39,975 bases of DNA from sequence record SRR20825010_3006; one strand, written 5' to 3'. The notes beneath the pieces were generated by a model that saw only the letters and a program-made list of their open reading frames with translations, was not told the DNA's origin and did not search any database. The translations under genes and the position numbers were made by a program. Below are positions 35,685 to 39,975 of the stretch, in pieces. The number at the start of each line of letters is the position of its first letter. Within the stretch, counting starts at the first letter, position 1.

Positions 35685-36683
35685 ATGACGGAAACGGTAG
35701 AGCAGACGGCAGAAGAGACCCCGGGACCTGAGCAACCAGCTGGTATGCTGGGGCCCTTGCACCCGAGCCAGTCGGAAATGCCGTTTGGCCTGGTGTATGG
35801 CAAAGCCATCACCAAGTTGCCCGATGACCTCTATATTCCGCCGGATGCGCTGGAAGTTTTTCTGGAAGCCTTTGAAGGTCCGCTGGACTTGCTGCTCTAC
35901 CTGATCAAACGCCAAAATCTCGACATTCTCGACATTCCCGTGGCCACCATCACCGTTCAGTACATGGAGTACGTGGAACTGATGAAGGCCATGAACTTCG
36001 AGCTGGCGGCGGAATATCTGGTCATGGCAGCCATGCTGAGCGAAATCAAATCGCGCATGCTGCTGCCACGCCCAAAGGAAGACGAAGAAGAGGATGGGGA
36101 AGACCCCCGTGCAGAGCTGATTCGTCGTCTGCAGGAATACGAACGTTTCAAGAAAGCCGCAGAAGACATTGATGAGCTGCCACGCCTGGAGCGGGATATC
36201 TTCCCCGCAGAGGCCAAGCGCCCGGAGTACACCCGCGAGAAAGCCCAGCCAGATGTGGACATGCGCGAGTTGTTGCTGGCCTTGAAAGAGGTGATGCATC
36301 GGGCTGACATGTTCGAAAGCCACCAGATTTCCCGAGAGAAACTGTCTACCCGTGAGCGCATGGCCAGCGTGCTGGACAAGCTGAAAGGTCGAGACTTTGT
36401 TCCTTTCATCGAATTGTTCAATCCGGAGGAAGGCAAGCTTGGCGTGGTGGTGACTTTCCTCGCCACACTGGAGCTGGTCAAAGGCTCACTGATCGAGCTG
36501 GTGCAGACCGAAGCATTTGCACCGATCCATGTTAAGGCCAAGACCCTGGTGCTGGAAGAATCCGATCTGCTCGCCAGTCTTGAAGTCGATGATGAACCGG
36601 GCGCCACACCGGATGCCTACGAAAGTGATACAGACTCCCTCGACGTCGCGGATGACGATGCACACGATGGAACCAAGGGGTAA
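35685..36683 (+). CDS. scpA: Segregation and condensation protein A (kleisin)
   Basis: FEGPLDLLLYLI, AEYLVMAAML, IKSRMLLP, VVTFLATLEL. Confidence 0.95.
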   Translation: MTETVEQTAEETPGPEQPAGMLGPLHPSQSEMPFGLVYGKAITKLPDDLYIPPDALEVFLEAFEGPLDLLLYLIKRQNLDILDIPVATITVQYMEYVELMKAMNFELAAEYLVMAAMLSEIKSRMLLPRPKEDEEEDGEDPRAELIRRLQEYERFKKAAEDIDELPRLERDIFPAEAKRPEYTREKAQPDVDMRELLLALKEVMHRADMFESHQISREKLSTRERMASVLDKLKGRDFVPFIELFNPEEGKLGVVVTFLATLELVKGSLIELVQTEAFAPIHVKAKTLVLEESDLLASLEVDDEPGATPDAYESDTDSLDVADDDAHDGTKG

Positions 36684-36685
36684 GC

Positions 36686-37642
36686 GTGGACGCTGAGCAA
36701 ATAAAAAGAATCGTTGAAGCCGCTATTCTTGTAGCCGAAGGGCCGCTGGACCGTGACGGCATGCTGGCATTGTTCGATGAAGAGGACCGACCCAGCAAAC
36801 AGGACTTGTCTAAATATCTTGAGCAGCTGGCCGACGAATACGACGGTCGCGGCATTTTCCTAAAGGAAGTGGCGTCCGGATTCCGCTTTCAGGCACGCTC
36901 GGAGCTGGGCTCCTGGGTCAGCCGTTTGTGGCAGGAAAAGCCGCCACGTTATAGCCGGGCCATTCTGGAAACCCTGGCCCTGATCGCGTATCGCCAGCCA
37001 ATTACCCGTGGCGAAATCGAAGAAATTCGTGGCGTTTCGGTAAGCTCCCATATCGTCAAAAGCTTGCTGGAGCGAAACTGGGTGCGCGTTGTCGGACACC
37101 GTGATGTGCCGGGCCGTCCGGCCATGTTCGCGACCACCAAACAGTTTCTGGACTACTTTGACCTCAAGAGCCTGGAAGACTTGCCGTCGCTGGCAGAAAT
37201 CCGGGACCTGGACAAACTTAACGAAGAGCTGGCCCTGACTGATGTCCCCCCCAGCAAGGCGGGAGAGGGCGATGCCGACGAAGCTTCGGAAGGTGATATT
37301 GACGATGATGACTTTGGTGAGCGCGAAGCGCGGCTGCCGGGTGATCAGGAAAGTATCCCCGGCTTTGAGCCGGAACCGGAAATTGATGATTCCACACAGA
37401 TGAGCATGGACAAGGTGGACTCCGTGCTCGCCAGCTTTGAACAGGAATTTCGCCGCAAACCCGGCGAGCAAAATGACGAAGCGCCAACCCCGGCCAGTGA
37501 AGACGCCGGGGCGGATGATAATACCCCCGCGGAGCCGAGCGGGGCGGCAAACGATAGTGATGATGTCGCGGTAGACAATACTTCTGATCAGAAGCTGGAA
37601 CCGACCGACAGCGCAGAGGAAAGCCGAACGCCCCATGAGTGA
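36686..37642 (+). CDS. scpB: SMC-Scp complex subunit ScpB
   Basis: SRAILETLALIAYRQPITRGEIEEIRGV, PGRP, TTKQFLDYF; long acidic C-terminal tail. Confidence 0.95.
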   Translation: MDAEQIKRIVEAAILVAEGPLDRDGMLALFDEEDRPSKQDLSKYLEQLADEYDGRGIFLKEVASGFRFQARSELGSWVSRLWQEKPPRYSRAILETLALIAYRQPITRGEIEEIRGVSVSSHIVKSLLERNWVRVVGHRDVPGRPAMFATTKQFLDYFDLKSLEDLPSLAEIRDLDKLNEELALTDVPPSKAGEGDADEASEGDIDDDDFGEREARLPGDQESIPGFEPEPEIDDSTQMSMDKVDSVLASFEQEFRRKPGEQNDEAPTPASEDAGADDNTPAEPSGAANDSDDVAVDNTSDQKLEPTDSAEESRTPHE

Positions 37643-38477
37643 GAAATTACAGAAAGTCCTGGCCCGTGCCGGGCTGGGTTCCCGCCGGGAGCTCGAAACC
37701 TGGATCAGTGACGGTCGCGTCTCGGTCAATGGGACTGTTGCGACCCTGGGCGACCGAGTTGGCAGTGAAGATACCCTACGTGTAGATGGCAGGATTATTA
37801 AAGTGAAGGCCGAAGAAGATACCGTTCAGCGTGTCATTATGTACCACAAACCCCCGGGGGAAGTGTGTTCGCGCAATGACCCGGAAGGCCGCCCGACGGT
37901 TTTCGATAACCTGCCGCGCCTGCAGGGTATGCGCTGGGTGCAGGTTGGCCGGCTGGATATCAACACCACCGGCATGATGTTGTTCACCACTGATGGCGAA
38001 CTGGCTCACCGGTTAATGCACCCCTCAAACGGCTTTGTGCGTGAATACGCTGTGCGTGTGCGCGGCGGCATGACGCCGGAAAAACGCCAGGCCATGCTCG
38101 ACGGCGTATTGCTGGAAGACGGTGTTTCCAAATTCGACAGCATTGAAGACGCCGGTGGCGCAGAAGAGGGCGCCAACCATTGGTACAAGGCTACGCTTAC
38201 TGGCGGTAAATACCGGGAGGTGCGTCGCCTGTTCCAGTCACAGGATCTGGAAGTGGCACGCCTGATGCGGATCCGTTTTGGTGACCTGACACTGCCCCCG
38301 CAATTGCGTCAGGGCCGCTGGATGGAGCTGGAGCCGGAGCAAATGAAAGCGCTGATCGACAAGGTGGAACTCAAGGGCAAGAAGTACACGGGGCTTTACG
38401 GCCGTGCTCGCCTGCGCCACCAGCGCAGCGGTAGCAAGCCGCCCCGCAAGGCCCGCCGCGGACCGTATCGCCGCTAG
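37635..38477 (+). CDS. rluB: 23S rRNA pseudouridine synthase B
   Basis: S4 domain EKLQKVLARAGLGSRR, catalytic VGRLDINTTG, LMHPS; canonical position after scpB. Confidence 0.92.
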   Translation: MSEKLQKVLARAGLGSRRELETWISDGRVSVNGTVATLGDRVGSEDTLRVDGRIIKVKAEEDTVQRVIMYHKPPGEVCSRNDPEGRPTVFDNLPRLQGMRWVQVGRLDINTTGMMLFTTDGELAHRLMHPSNGFVREYAVRVRGGMTPEKRQAMLDGVLLEDGVSKFDSIEDAGGAEEGANHWYKATLTGGKYREVRRLFQSQDLEVARLMRIRFGDLTLPPQLRQGRWMELEPEQMKALIDKVELKGKKYTGLYGRARLRHQRSGSKPPRKARRGPYRR

Positions 38478-38540
38478 CACCTTTCCTGTCTTTGCAGTCG
38501 AGGCCGTGATTCGTATGCGGTTCGGCTGCAGGGCATGCTG

Positions 38541-39260
38541 CTACGGCAGCCTCATCAGCCGGCCGACCAACGCTGGCAATGCCGTTTCCACGCGTAAGAT
38601 TCTTGCTCCGAAACGGTGACAGGCAAATCCCTGTCGCTGCAGCATATCCACTTCATAATCCGTCCAGCCTCCCTCCGGGCCCACGGCCAGCGTGACTGGC
38701 TCGCTCAGGTCACAGGGAAGGGCGGGGTAATCATCCCCTGGGTGAGCAAGGATGCGCTGGCCGGTACCGGCCCATTTACCCAGCGAATCTTCCACAAAGG
38801 GTTTAAAGCGGGGGGCCAGAATCAGCTCTGGCAACCGGGTGTCGCGTGCCTGCTCAAGACCGAGAATCATCTTCTCGCGAAGCAGGTCGGCTTTCAGGTT
38901 GGGGGTTTGCCAGTAGCTCTTGTCCACCTTCCAGCTGTTGATCAGCACAATGCGTTTGATGCCCAGACTGGTGGCGTCGATCAAGATTCGCTTGAGCATT
39001 TTGGGGCGAGGTAACGCCATCAACAAGGATAACGGCAGGGGAGACTCTGGCTGAGATTCTTCTTTAAAATAAACCGTTATTTCATTGTTTATTATGGATT
39101 TTATGGTGGCCGTTCCCGTGCCGCCACCCAGCAATCCTGCTCGGCATTGAGCCCCCTCCGCCAGGTTAAGCACGGTGCGCACATGGGTGCACTGGCGGGG
39201 ATTCAGGCGCCAGAGGGCGTCGTGCAGGTATTGGTCGGGGTGCAGCAGGAGCAAATTCAT
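38541..39260 (-). CDS. rsmE: 16S rRNA m3U1498 methyltransferase RsmE family
   Basis: LPRPKML, GLEQARDT, VGPEGGW, ILRVETA (SPOUT fold). Confidence 0.88.
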   Translation of the reverse strand: MNLLLLHPDQYLHDALWRLNPRQCTHVRTVLNLAEGAQCRAGLLGGGTGTATIKSIINNEITVYFKEESQPESPLPLSLLMALPRPKMLKRILIDATSLGIKRIVLINSWKVDKSYWQTPNLKADLLREKMILGLEQARDTRLPELILAPRFKPFVEDSLGKWAGTGQRILAHPGDDYPALPCDLSEPVTLAVGPEGGWTDYEVDMLQRQGFACHRFGARILRVETALPALVGRLMRLP

Positions 39261-39463
39261 GGCGCGGATTATGGCACACAGCGTAGCCCCTAGAACAAAG
39301 GTTTACAGGTCAGGCCGATTGCGCCACAAGCAGGATTGACAGCAATCTGTTGACGCAAATCACTGTTTCCTTGGCTATTATGGCCCTTTGCCCGGCGGCA
39401 CTGGATTGCTAGAGTGTGCCGCCTGATCACCCGTTCGATTAACTGTTCAGTTTGGAGAATTTC

Positions 39464-39975
39464 ATGCAGTTTCAGGGTACTGACCAATATGTGGCCACAG
39501 ATGACCTGAAAATGGCCGTGAATGCAGCCATTGCCCTCAAGCGCCCGCTGCTTATCAAAGGCGAGCCCGGTACCGGCAAAACGCTGCTGGCCGAACAGGT
39601 TGCTGAATCCCTGGGTCTGCCACTGCTGTCGTGGAATGTGAAGTCCACCACCAAGGCTCAGCAAGGCCTGTATGAATACGATGCAGTATCGCGTCTGCGT
39701 GATTCCCAGCTCGGCGCCGAAGGGGTTGAGGATGTGTCCAACTACCTGAAGAAGGGCAAGCTCTGGGAAGCCTTTACCCATGAGGGTCAGGTGGTGCTGC
39801 TGATTGACGAAGTCGACAAAGCCGATATCGAATTCCCCAACGACCTGCTCCAGGAGCTGGATCGGATGGAATTCTTCGTTTATGAAACCGGCGAACTGAT
39901 CAAGGCGCAACAGCGCCCGATCGTGATCATTACGTCCAACAATGAGAAAGAGCTGCCGGACGCCTTCCTGCGCCG
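39464..39975 (+). CDS. MoxR-family AAA+ ATPase (runs off the window end)
   Basis: My translation from ATG 39464 (RBS GGAG): MQFQGTDQYVATDDLKMAVNAAIALKRPLLIKGEPGTGKT...LYEYDAVSRLRDSQL...LLIDEVDKADIEFPNDLL...TSNNEKELPDAFLR; absent from the ORF track because no stop codon is reached. Confidence 0.92.
   Translation, partial: MQFQGTDQYVATDDLKMAVNAAIALKRPLLIKGEPGTGKTLLAEQVAESLGLPLLSWNVKSTTKAQQGLYEYDAVSRLRDSQLGAEGVEDVSNYLKKGKLWEAFTHEGQVVLLIDEVDKADIEFPNDLLQELDRMEFFVYETGELIKAQQRPIVIITSNNEKELPDAFLR

Noticed and set aside
34314-37729. Long minus-strand ORFs (34314..35135, 35217..36323, 36860..37729)
   Set aside because: Antisense shadows of trpS, scpA and scpB; expected from codon bias in GC-rich DNA; no recognisable motifs.
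39337-39381. Repeated TTGAC and TATTAT upstream of the MoxR gene
   Set aside because: Spacing does not fit a 16-18-bp sigma70 promoter; too weak to call.
39290-39910. 206-aa minus-strand ORF
   Set aside because: Antisense to the MoxR ATPase on the + strand.
1-39975. CRISPR arrays, IS/integrases, prophage, defence systems, tRNA/rRNA
   Set aside because: No repeat-spacer arrays, transposase/integrase/phage motifs, large compositional islands or cloverleaf patterns seen; intergenic gaps are short.

Overview
Gene-dense (roughly 60% GC by eye) chromosomal segment from a gammaproteobacterium; gene content suggests a marine Alcanivorax-like organism (inference, not verified). I found no mobile element, CRISPR array, tRNA or rRNA. 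The left ~16 kb is rich in lipid-handling genes: two paralogous secreted all-helical proteins, a PhaC-like Cys alpha/beta-hydrolase divergent from a coupled pair of hotdog thioesterases, an uncharacterised di-iron ferritin-like enzyme behind a leader with mutually exclusive hairpins, a patatin, an MFS transporter, an ada-alkA repair operon with an Ada box, a YiaD-like OmpA lipoprotein with a CpxR-like box, and an acyltransferase / alkyl-DHAP-synthase-like / GlpD-like / FGGY kinase cluster that looks like an ether- or glycerolipid pathway. The middle holds a MerR regulator, a CPA1 antiporter, a Bcr/CflA pump, ybbP-ybbA/tesA, DUF924, DUF4442, DUF349 and a YihG-like acyltransferase. The right ~9 kb is the conserved ygiM, yciI-yciB, PHP(yciV)-yciO-trpS-scpA-scpB-rluB, rsmE block, ending in a partial MoxR AAA+ ATPase. 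The best candidates for something undescribed are the ether-lipid cluster, the PhaC/thioesterase/di-iron/patatin neighbourhood and the switch-like leader at 3962-4065. All product calls come from motif recognition, not database searches.
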